Made by a program: the position numbers and the translations under genes. This document shows positions 12,081-22,089 of a stretch of 64,000 nt of DNA, piece by piece (the stretch's first letter is position 1; each line of letters opens with the position of its first letter). Source of the stretch: Centroscyllium fabricii (lineage: Eukaryota); the NCBI GenBank assembly GCA_051313645.2, contig JBNRSN020000017.1, forward strand, positions 1,488,001 to 1,552,000, given 5' to 3'. The notes beneath the pieces are model-generated. The model did not search any database, was not told the origin of the DNA, and was given only the letters and a program-made list of their open reading frames with translations.

Positions 12081-15000
12081 TAGAAACAGGCTCGAAGGGC
12101 CGAATGGCCTACTCCTGCTCCTATCTTCTATGTTTCTAATCTCTCCTCATACGTCATTCGTGCCATCCCATGCATCAGCCTGGTGAATCTTCGCTGCACT
12201 CCTTCCATGGCAAGAACACCCTTCCTTAGATAAGGCGACCAAAACTGTACGCAATACTCGATGTCTTACCAAGGCCCTGTACAACTGCAGCAAGATATCC
12301 TTGTTCCTGTACTCGAACCCTCGCTACGAAGGCCAACATACCATTTGCCTTCTTAACCGCCTACTGTACCTGCATGCTTACCTTCAGCGACTGGTGCACA
12401 AGAACACCCAGGTCTCGTTGCACTTCCCCTTCTCCCAATCTATTGCCATTCAGATAATAATCTGCCTCCTTGTTTTTGACACCAAAGTGGGTAACCTTGC
12501 ATTTGTCCACGTTATATTGCATCTGCCATGCTTCTGCCCAATTACCCAACCTGTCCAAATCATACTGGAGTTTCTCGGCATCCTCACAGCACATTCGCCC
12601 ACCCGGCTTTGTGTCGTCTGCAAACTTGGAGATATTACATCTAGTTCCCTCGTCCAGATCATTAATATATATTGTGAATAGCTGGGGTCCAAGGACCGAT
12701 CCCTGCGGTACCCCACTAGTCACTGCCTGCCACTCGGAAAAAGAGCCGTTAATTCCAACTCTTTGCTTTCTGTCTGCCAACCAGTTCTCTATCCAAGTCA
12801 ATATCTTGCCCCCAATCCCATGTGCCCTAACTTTACATGCTAATCTCTTATGCGGGACCTTATCGAAAGCCTTTTGAAAGTCCAAGTACACCACATCCAC
12901 TGGTTCTCCCTTATCTATTTTGCCAGTTACACCTCAAAGAATTCCAGATTAGTCAAGCACGATTTACCTTTTGTAATTCATGTTGACTTTGTTCGATCCG
13001 TTCACTGTTTTCAAGTGCTCTGCTATTACATCCTTTATAATGGACTCTAGCATTTTCCCCACTACCGATGTCAGGCTTACCGGTCTATAATTCCCTGTTT
13101 TCTCTCTACCACCTTTTTTGAATAGTGGGGTAACATTAGCTACCCTCCAATCTGTGGGTACAGTTCCAGAGTCTGTTGAATTTTGGAAGATGATCAGTAA
13201 TGCATCTACTATTTCTGGGGCCACTTCCTTAAGTACCCTAGGATGTAGATTATCAGGCCCCGGTGATTTATTGACCTTCAATCCCGTCAATTACTCTCAC
13301 CGTTTCCCTACAAATACTGATTTCATTCAGTTCCTCCCTCTCATTGGACCTATGTTCCTCGACATCTCTGGGAGGTTATTTGTGTCCTCCTTTGTGAAGA
13401 CAGAACCAAAGTATGTATTTAATTGGTCTGCCATTTCTTTGTTACCCATTATAAATTCCCCTGATTCTGACTGCAAGGGACCTACGCTTGACTTCACCAA
13501 TCTTTTTCTCTTCACATATGTATAAAAGCTTTTACAGTCAGTTTTTATGTTCCCTGAAAGCTTACTCTCATATTCTATTTTCCCCCTCTTAATTAATCCC
13601 TTTGTCCTCCTTTGTTGAATCCTAAACTGCTCCCAATCCTCAGGTTTACTGCTTTTTCTGGCCAATTTATATGTCCTCTCCTTGGATCTTATGCTGTCCC
13701 TAATTTCACTTGTTAGCCACGGTTGAGTCACCTTTTTCGTTTTATTTTTATGCCAAACTGGGATGATCCAATTCTGTAATTCATCCATGCGATCTTTGAA
13801 TGTTTGCCATTGCCTATCCACCGTCAACCCTTTGAGTGACATTCCCCAATCAATCCTACCCAACTCGCGACTCATACCATCATAGATTTCTTTATTTGAA
13901 TTCAAGACCCTCGTCTCTGAGTCAACTACCTCACTCTCCATCTTAATGAAGAATTCTATCATATTATGATCGCTCCGACCCAAGGGGCCTCGCACAACAA
14001 TTATTCCTTTCTCATTGCATAATACCCAGTCTAAGATGGCCTGATCTCTCATTGGTTCCTCGACATATTGTTCCAGAAAACCATCCCATATACACGCCAG
14101 GAATTCCTCCTCCACAGCATTGTTACTACTGTGGTTAGCCCAATCTATATGTAGATTAAAGTCTCCCATGATAACTAATGTGCCCTTATTGCACGCTTCT
14201 CTAATTTCCCTTTTAATGCCATCCCCGACCTCCATATTACTGGTTGGAGGTCTATATACCACTCCCACTAATGTTTTCTGCCCCTTGGTATTTCTCAGTT
14301 CCACCCATACAGATTCCACATCATCAGAGCTAATATCCTTCCTTACAATTGTGTTAATCCCCTCTTTAACCAGCAATGCTACCCCATCTCCTTTACCTGT
14401 TTGCCTATCTTTCCTGAATATTGAATACCTCTGGATGTTGAGTTCCCAGCCTTGGTCATCCTGGAGCCATGTTTCAGTAATCCCAATCATACTATATATT
14501 CGTTTACCTCTATTTGCGCAGCCAATTCATCCGCTCCTCGCATTAAGACACAAAGCCTTCAGGCTTGTTTTTGTAACGCTCTTAAATCTTTTAGAATTAT
14601 TATTTGCTGTGGCCATGTTTGATTTAAACCCTTGATTTCTCTGACTGGCACTTTTGTTTTTCTCCTTCCTGTCTTTTGCTTTTATCCTTGTTTCCCTTTC
14701 CTCTGTCTACCCGCTCAGGTTCCCAACCCCCTGCCATTTTAGTTTAAACCCTCCCCCAGAGCACTAGCAAACACTCCCCATGGACATCGGTCCCGGCCCT
14801 GCCCAGGTGCAGACCGTCCTTTTTGTACTGGTCCCACCTCCTCCAGGACCAGTTCCAATGTCCCAGGAATTTGAACCCTCCCCCCCTTGCACCATTCCTC
14901 TAGCCACGTATTCATTTGAAATATCCTTCTATTTCTACTCTGACTAGCATGTGGTACTGGTAGCAATCCTGAGATTACTACCTTAGGTCCTAAAATTTAC

Positions 15001-15310
15001 CTCCCAGCTCCCTATATTCAGCTTTTAGGACCTCATCCTGATTTTTCCTACATCGTTGGTACCGATATGCACCATGACAACTGGCTGTTCACCCTCTCTT
15101 TCCAAAATGTTCTGCAGCCGCTCCGAGACATCCTTGACCCTTGCACCAGGGAGGCAACACACCATCCTGAAGTCCCGTTTGCGGCTGCAGAAATGCCTAT
15201 CTATTCCCCTTACAATAGAATCCCCTATCACTATAGCTCTCCCACTCTTTATCCTCCCGTCCTGTGCAGCAGAACCACCCCTGGTGCCGGGAAGGTGGCT
15301 GCTGCTGCCT
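12079..15310 (-). mobile_element. CR1 LINE copy 3 (ORF1 esterase, APE, RT) with a rearranged 3' end
   Basis: ORF1 GDSIV/HIGTND at 14739-15310. APE at 13327..14490 (GITETW, GDFN, SDH). RT at 12361..13290. Same subfamily as copy 1. Confidence 0.9.
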
Positions 15311-15320
15311 TCCAATGGTA

Positions 15321-15451
15321 GTTCAGAAATGGGGGTGTTCACTGATGACTACACAGTGTTCAATGCCATTCACAACTCCTCAGATAATGAAGCAAGACGT
15401 GAACGACGTTCAGGCTTGGGCTGATACCTGGCAGGTAACATTCGTGCCACT
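15321..15451 (+). mobile_element. Family B LINE, piece 3 of 4
   Basis: Encodes EMGVFTDDYTVF (RT catalytic motif) and QAWADTWQVTFVP. Confidence 0.78.
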
Positions 15452-15826
15452 CAATTCAATTCAATTTATTGTCATTGTAAAGTAAACATACGCAATACAT
15501 CGAAATGCAAACATGCAATCTCCCAAGAAACAATGCAGATCTTAAAATGTCCTTTCCTGTAAGTCCCAGTCTGGTCCATAACGCTCCGGCCCCGACGCTC
15601 AGACCACGCAGGCCCCGACGCTCAGGCCCACGCAGGCCCCGATGCTCCTGATGCACGGCCACGACGGCTCCGGCAACGACGGCCCCGATGCTCCCGGCGC
15701 TCAGGCCACGCAGGCCGCGATGTTCCTGGCGCCCGGCCATGACGGCCCCGACGCTCTGGCAACAACTGCCCCGATGCTACCGGTGCTCAGGCCACGCAGG
15801 CCCCGATGCTCCTGGCACCGCTATCT
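15452..15826 (-). mobile_element. Short retroposed insert with a Rex1-like 3' end and GC-rich internal repeats
   Basis: Minus-strand AATAAA plus a (TTGAA)n tail at 15452-15470. Internal repeats GCTCAGGCCACGCAGGCCCCGA(T/C)GCTC. The host LINE resumes right after it. Confidence 0.55.
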
Positions 15827-16592
15827 TGCCAGGTAATGACTATCTCCAACAAGTGAGAGTCTAACCACCTCCCCTTGACATTCAACTGCATTACCATCGC
15901 CGAATCCCCCAGCATCAACTTCCTGGGGGTCACCATTGACCAGGAACTTAACTGGACCAGCCACATAAATACTGTGGCAACCAGAGCAGGTCAGAGGCTG
16001 GGTATTCTGTGGCAAGTGTCTCACCACCTGAGTTCCCAAAGCCTTTCCACCATCTACAAGGCACAAGTCAGGAGTGTGATGGAATACGCTGCACTTGCCT
16101 GGATGAGTGCAGCTCCAACAACACAAGAAACTCGACACCATCCAGAACAAAACAGCCTGTTAGATTGACACCCCATCCGCCAGTTTAAACATTCACTCCC
16201 CCCACCACCGGCGCACTGTGGCTGCAGTGTGTACCATCTACAAGATGCACTGCAGCAACTCGCCAAGGCTTCTTCAGCAGCACCTTCCAAACCCGCGACC
16301 TCTTCCACCTAGAAGGACAAGGACAGCAGGCACATGGGAACATCATCACCTCCAAGTTGCCCGCCAGGTCACACACCATCCTGACTTCAAAATATATCGG
16401 CCGATCCTTCATCCACGCTGGGTCAAAACCCTGGAACCCCCTCCCTAACAGCACTGTGGGAGCACCTTCACCACACGGACTGCAGCGGTTCAAGAAGGCG
16501 GCTCACCACCACCTTCTCGAGGGCGACTAGGGATGGGCAATAAATGCTGGCCTTGCCAGCGACGCACACATCCCATGAACGAATAAATAAAA
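15827..16592 (+). mobile_element. Family B LINE, piece 4 of 4, with 3' end
   Basis: Encodes LGVTIDQELNW and IYKAQVRSVMEYA. Ends GGGCAATAAATGCTGGCC...CCCATGAACGAATAAATAAAAA. Confidence 0.82.
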
Positions 16593-17875
16593 ATTCCCCA
16601 GTCTCCTCCTAAGGGACCAATGTTTACTTTAGCTACTCTCTCTTTTTATAGACTTTTAGAAGCTCTTACTGTCTGTTTTTATATTTCTTGCTAGTTTACT
16701 CTAAATCTATTTTCTCCCTTTTTTTTAGTCATCCTTTTGCAAGTTTCTAAAAATGTCCCAATCTTCTGGCCTATATCTCTAGAAAGGAGAAGATTGAAGG
16801 TGACCTGATCGAGGTTTTTAGACTACGAAGGGGTTTAGGGTAGATGGAGAGATGATGTTTCCAGAACTAGCGGCCAAAAATATAAGATAGTCACTAATAA
16901 ATCCAGTAGGAAATTCAGGAGAAACTTCTTTACTGTTGATAGGATGAGATGAAGACAGGTGGGAAGAGGCTCATTGGATGAAAGGGATGCTGGTAACTTG
17001 GGGACATCATTAACTTGGGGATAGAAGGCAGATAGTGGTGAACGGATATTTTTTTGACTGGAGAGACGTATGCAGTGGGGTACCCCAGGGTTCAGTGTTA
17101 GGACCTTGCTTTTCTTGTTATATGTAAGTGACCTGGACTTGGGTATAGAGAGTACAATCCTCAAAGTTTGCAGATGATAGAAAACTTGACAGCGTAGTAA
17201 ATAGTGAGGAGGATAGCAGACTTCAGGAGGACACCGCCAGACTGGTGAAATGGGCAGACACGGCAGATGTGGATAAGTGTGGAGTGATGCTTTGGGAGGA
17301 ACAGTATGGAGAGACCGTGTAATCTAACTGGTCCTATTCTGAGGGGGTGCAAGAGCAGAGGGACCGGTGGGGGCGGGGGGCACATTCACACATTTCTGAA
17401 GGTGGCGGGACAAGTTGATAAGGCGGTTAAGAAAGTGTATGGGATACTTGGCTTTGTAAATGGGGCATTGAATACAAAAACAAGGAAGTCCTGCTAAACC
17501 TTTACAAAACTCTGGTCAGACCTCAGCTGGAGTATTGTGTCCAATTCTGGGCACCACTTTAGGAAGAACGTCAAGGTCCCAGAGAGAGTGCAGAGGAGGT
17601 TTACCAGGGTGATACCAAGGATGGGGGACTTCAGTTATGCGGAGAGATTGGAGAAGCTGGGATTATTCTCCTTAGAGCAGAGAAGGCTAAGGAGAGATTT
17701 AATAGAGGTGTTCAAAATTATGAAGGTATTTGACAGCAAGTATAGTGAACACAGGAGGAGAGTGATAGACTTCAAGAGGACACAGACAGGCTGGTGGAAT
17801 GGGCGGACACGTGGCAGATGAACTTTAATGCAGAAAAGTGCAAAGTGATACATTTTGGTAGGAAGAACGAGGCGA
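16593..17875. mobile_element. Mosaic of old, degenerate CR1 fragments (short minus-strand piece, then + strand RT pieces)
   Basis: Decayed GVPQGSVLG, KFADD, YAERLEKLGLFSLEQRRLR and WADTWQMNFNAEKC motifs. Confidence 0.75.
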
Positions 17876-18452
17876 GGTACAGGAAACACTTTTATACGGG
17901 ACCGGCGTGTTGCCGGTTTATCAAAATTTCCGGATGGTGGAGAGGGTTATCTACCGAGGCTATTTTTAACAAAGACAAATTAAAAATGTGCAGTATACAG
18001 TAATTGGGAACTCACCTACAGAATGTTGTGTTAAATGGATGGTGGAAGATGCTTGATTAAGTACAGTACTGCCAGTTGAGGGTAATGCAATGCAATGACT
18101 ACCAGCAGCGTGGGAGACGCACAGTACCCCTGTAAAATGGCGGATCAGATGAGACTACCGGCAGCGCGGGAGAGTCAGACGCCTGTTACAGGGGGATTGA
18201 GGTGTTCCAACCTTCGACAGCGCCAAGAAGCCGAGTAGTGGCAGTTTGGAGAACTACCCCCAGGAAAAATTTTATGGGGAAAGGGACGGTGGGGGAGCTA
18301 GACTGGCTGAAGTGCTCTTACAGAGAGCCGGCACGGGCTCGACGGGCCGAATGGCCGCCTTCCTTGCTGTAACCATTCTAGGATTCTAAGTCGGGAGAAA
18401 CTGTTCCCACTGGCAAGTGAGTTGGTAACCAGAGGTCACAGATTTTAAACTA

Positions 18453-19013
18453 CAGGTTGAGCACCGTTAATCCGGTAACCGAATAGCCGGCAGCTTCAGT
18501 CTGCCGGCACAAATTGCCCCGACTGCACTGCGCATGCGCAAAATGGCAGCCGCCATCGTGGCTTCAACGAATGATCTGCGCATGCGCCGAGCGCATGCGC
18601 AGATCATTCAAAACAGCTGCGGGTGTTTTGAATGATCTGCGCATGCGTCGCCGGAAGGTTATCGCATGCGCAGATAATTCAATACCTCCGCCGGTTATTT
18701 TATCGATAACTGTAATTGAAGCCATGATGTGGAGGTGCTGGTGTTGGACTGGGATGGACAATTGTAAGAAGCCACACAGCACCAGGCTGTAGTCCAAAAG
18801 TCCCACTCGAAATCACGGGTCTTCGGAGCGCCGCTCCCCCATCACCTGACGGGGAAGCGGCGCTCCGAAAGCCCGTGACCCCAACTAAAACCGTTGGACC
18901 ACAGCCTGGCGCCGTGTGACCTCTTACAGAGCAAAACGGGATTGGATAAATTGCCCCCGCGCCACCCTCCTTTCCCCCCCCCCCCCCCCCCCGGACCCGC
19001 GCCTTCCTCCTCC

Positions 19014-19048
<35 letters not shown>

Positions 19049-19417
19049 ACCCGCGCCTTCCTCCTCCACCCCCCCCCGCACCCGCGCCTTCCTCCTCCTC
19101 CCCCCCCCCCCCCCCCGCGCCGCGCCACGCCACGCCACCCTCCTGCCTCCCCCCGCAAGACGGGCCTTTCACTGCTGCCCGACAGCCCTAAAACCTAAAC
19201 GGAACGCCACAAAAGCCTGAGCCCATCAAAAAACTTCGCGGCGGCCAATATTGGGCGATCTGCGCATGCGCGAGCCAGCCAAAACCAATGTTGCGCGCAT
19301 GCGCGCTGCCATTGTGACAGGTGCGCATGCGCAGTGTCCAAACTCGTTCTCCCGGTTTTTTCCATTTCCCGGCACGGGCCTGGTCCCGCCCGTGCCGGAT
19401 TAACGGTGCTCAACCTG
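18453..19417. mobile_element. Tc1/mariner (Tigger/pogo-like) non-autonomous TIR element, copy 1
   Basis: Perfect 23-bp TIR CAGGTTGAGCACCGTTAATCCGG / CCGGATTAACGGTGCTCAACCTG, TA TSD on both sides, no transposase. Confidence 0.88.
18763..18928. repeat. Imperfect ~165-bp palindrome, probable Penelope-like terminal remnant with a degenerate hammerhead motif
   Basis: Arms GTAAGAAGCCACACAGCACCAGGCTGTAGTCCAA...TCGGAGCGCCGCTCCCC and GGGGAAGCGGCGCTCCGAAAG...TTGGACCACAGCCTGGCGCCGTGTGACCTCTTAC. CTGACGG...GAAAG at 18846-18871. Confidence 0.55.
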
Positions 19418-19853
19418 TATTGGAAAAAGAACTAGAGGGGAATGAGAAATGATTTCACACAGAGGGTAGTTGTGATCTGGAACGCACTGCCTGTAAGGGT
19501 GGTAGAATCCGATTCCACAGGAACTTTCAAAAGGCAACTGGACCTGTGCTTGAAGAGGAATAATTTGCAGGATTATGGGGTGAAGGCCAAGGTCGTGGGC
19601 CTAATTGGGTTGCACTTTTAAAGAGCAGGCAGGATGGGCCGAATGGCCTCCTATGCCGTGTGATTCCGTGTAATTTTATGTGCTGCCTCCTCACTGAATT
19701 GCACAAGGCCTCGCCTCGCTCTTCTCTCCAGCCTGTCCTTCGCAGCAAGCAGGGGAAGGCCGTTTCAGGGCAGATAAGGCGGTTCTGTGCTGGCTCCATG
19801 CCTGGAAGCTGTGGCCTTGTTTGAACGATGGTTTAATTGTTTATCTCTTGTAG

Positions 19854-20033
19854 CTTCGATTGTTGGTGGACCTCGGTGATGGAGAGAAAGCTGCCCAAGT
19901 GGCGGAGGCTGCGAGCACTGGTTTCGGCCACTCGGTGGAGATGTGGCAGAGCAGCCTGGAGGTGCTGATGGAGCTGCGGAGTGCTGGTGTCAGCCGCCTC
20001 TTCCAGGAGGCATTGCGGCAGGTCCCACCCACG
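19854..20033 (+). CDS. UTP6: UTP6 internal coding exon (180 nt, phase 0-0)
   Basis: ttgtag|CTT...ACG|gtgagt. LRLLVDLGDGEKAAQVAEAASTGFGHSVEMWQSSLEVLMELRSAGVSRLFQEALRQVPPT resembles human UTP6 ...SGTMWQLKLQVLIESKSPDIAMLFEEAF... Confidence 0.85.
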
Positions 20034-20550
20034 GTGAGTTACCTACCCGTGAGCGCACCGCGTGTGCTGAGAGCGGGCAGAGTCGCAGAGTAAGCGGGTG
20101 AGCCACAGTGTAGTGTCCAGCAGGAGTCGAGCCCTGTACTGTCCTTCTCGTAACATTGTTAGAATTCAGCTGATGAGCCCCCATTACCTTCCACTCCTGG
20201 GCACGGGGCCACTGGGGGAGGGGGGACGCTGTCGGCTGTAAGACGCCCCCTTAACTTGGAACCAAGTCTCACAGACCCCAAGGGTCAAGGAATCATTCCA
20301 AACCTGTGCTGAGTTCATTGTCCTCAACTAGAGGTATTGCGGAACATTCTGGAAAGTTCACGTGAGATCGGAGCCAGCCTCTCCACCGCTTGTCTCGCTG
20401 ATACATGGGCAGCACTCATTGGGTTTGGGGTCTGTACCCAGCCCTAGTCTGAGAGCAGGAGCACCTTCTGAAAGTAAACCTGCCTTGGTGCCATTGTATG
20501 GCTGCTCACAGCCTCATGGCGCTAACGCTGACATTGGGAGCTCCTGAGGA

Positions 20551-21650
20551 TGACCGTCTCCCCCCTCGCTGACCGCCTCCCCCCTCGCTGACCGTCTCCC
20601 CCCTCGCTGACCGTCTCCCCCCTCGCTGACCGTCTCCCCCCTCGCTGACCGTCTCCCCCCTCGCTGACCGTCTCCCCCCTCGCTGACCTTCTCCCCCCTC
20701 GCTGACCGTCTCCCCCCTCGCTGACCGTCTCCCCCCTCGCTGACCGTCTCCCCCCTCGCTGACCGTCTCCCCCCTCGCTGACCGTCTCCCCCCTCGCTGA
20801 CCGTCTCCCCCCTCGCTGACCGTCTCCCCCCTCGCTGACCGTCTCCCCCCTCGCTGACCGTCTCCTCCCTCGCTGACCGTCTCCTCCCTCGCTGACCGTC
20901 TCCTCCCTCGCTGACCGTCTCCTCCCTCGCTGACCGTCTCCCCCCTCGCTGACCGTCTCCCCCCTCGCTGACCGTCTCCCCCCTCGCTGACCGTCTCCCC
21001 CCTCGCTGACCGTCTCCCCCCTCGCTGACCGTCTCCCCCCTCGCTGACCGTCTCCCCCCTCGCTGACCGCCTCCCCCCTCGCTGACCGCCTCCCCCCTCG
21101 CTGACCGCCTCCCCCCTCGCTGACCGCCTCCCCCCTCGCTGACCGCCTCCCCCCTCGCTGACCGCCTCCCCCCTCGCTGACCGCCTCCCCCCTCGCTGAC
21201 CGCCTCCCCCCTCGCTGACCGCCTCCCCCCTCGCTGACCGCCTCCCCCCTCGCTGACCGCCTCCCCCCTCGCAGACCGCCTCCCCCCTCGCAGACCGCCT
21301 CCCCCCTCGCAGACCGCCTCCCCCCTCGCAGACCGCCTCCCCCCTCGCAGACCGCCTCCCCCCTCGCAGACCGCCTCCCCCCTCGCAGACCGCCTCCCCC
21401 CTCGCAGACCGCCTCCCCCCTCGCAGACCGCCTCCCCCCTCGCTGACCGCCTCCCCCCTCGCTGACCGCCTCCCCCCTCGCTGACCGCCTCCCCCCTCGC
21501 TGACCGCCTCCCCCCTCGCTGACCGCCTCCCCCCTCGCTGACCGCCTCCCCCCTCGCTGACCGCCTCACCCCCTCGCTGACCGTCTCTCTCCCCCCCCCC
21601 CCCCCCCCCCCCCTCCGCTGACCGTCTCACTCCCCCCCTCGCTGACCGTC
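20551..21650. repeat. 19-bp minisatellite (TCGCTGACCGYCTCCCCCC)n, about 55 copies, intronic
   Basis: Period 19 read directly. Variants occur in homogeneous blocks (GTC, CTCCTCCC, GCC, GCAGACC). Confidence 0.95.
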
Positions 21651-21699
21651 TTTGAAGCTGGAAGCTCTATTTGATCGATCTCTCCCTGCTCTGTTACAG

Positions 21700-21780
21700 G
21701 ACAGTTTGCCGCTGTGGATCCTCTGCCTGGAGTGGAGCGAGCGTACGAGCAGCGTTACTGAGACGGAAACTCTCTATCAG
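21700..21780 (+). CDS. UTP6: UTP6 coding exon (81 nt)
   Basis: ttacag|GAC...CAG|gtaggt. DSLPLWILCLEWSERTSSVTETETLYQ vs human VCLPLWISWAEWSEGAKSQEDTEAVFK. Confidence 0.9.
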
Positions 21781-21860
21781 GTAGGTTCCTGTCTGACTGA
21801 ATCTCTCTCCGCTGATCTGTAGAATGAAGTGACTGAGTGACTTTCTGTTTATACCCACAG

Positions 21861-21970
21861 CGCGCGTTGCAGACGTCAATCCCAACCACTTCAGTGACAC
21901 TGAAGGAGAGATACCTGGACTGGGCCCTTAGGGCTGGGGGCTACAGGAAAGCACGGAAGGTGTTCACTAG
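21861..21970 (+). CDS. UTP6: UTP6 coding exon (110 nt)
   Basis: ccacag|CGC...AG|gtaaca. RALQTSIPTTSVTLKERYLDWALRAGGYRKARKVFTS vs human SVTLKNKYLDWAYRSGGYKKARAVFKS. Confidence 0.93.
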
Positions 21971-22089
21971 GTAACAGCTGAGTGCTCGCAAGCACACGGT
22001 TAACATGTGTAATAACTCGCGGGACGAAAGCCTTGGTCCCTCGGGGGGTGTAGAATGGGGGTGTTAGTTTGGGTTCCTTATCACTTGCC

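Larger units (their letters stand above)
18275..19670 (+). mobile_element. CR1 3'-end fragments hosting TIR element 1
   Basis: GGGCCGAATGGCC tails at about 18345 and 19636. The sequence ...AGAGGTCACAGATTTTAAAC-TA / TTGGAAAAAGAACTAGAGGGG is continuous across the insertion. Confidence 0.7.

Noticed and set aside
18700-19220. Poly-Gly and poly-Pro ORFs
   Set aside because: Arise from C homopolymer tracts whose lengths are also prone to sequencing error.
20506-21630. Gly/Arg-rich ORFs of 351-374 aa
   Set aside because: Translation of the 19-bp intronic minisatellite.
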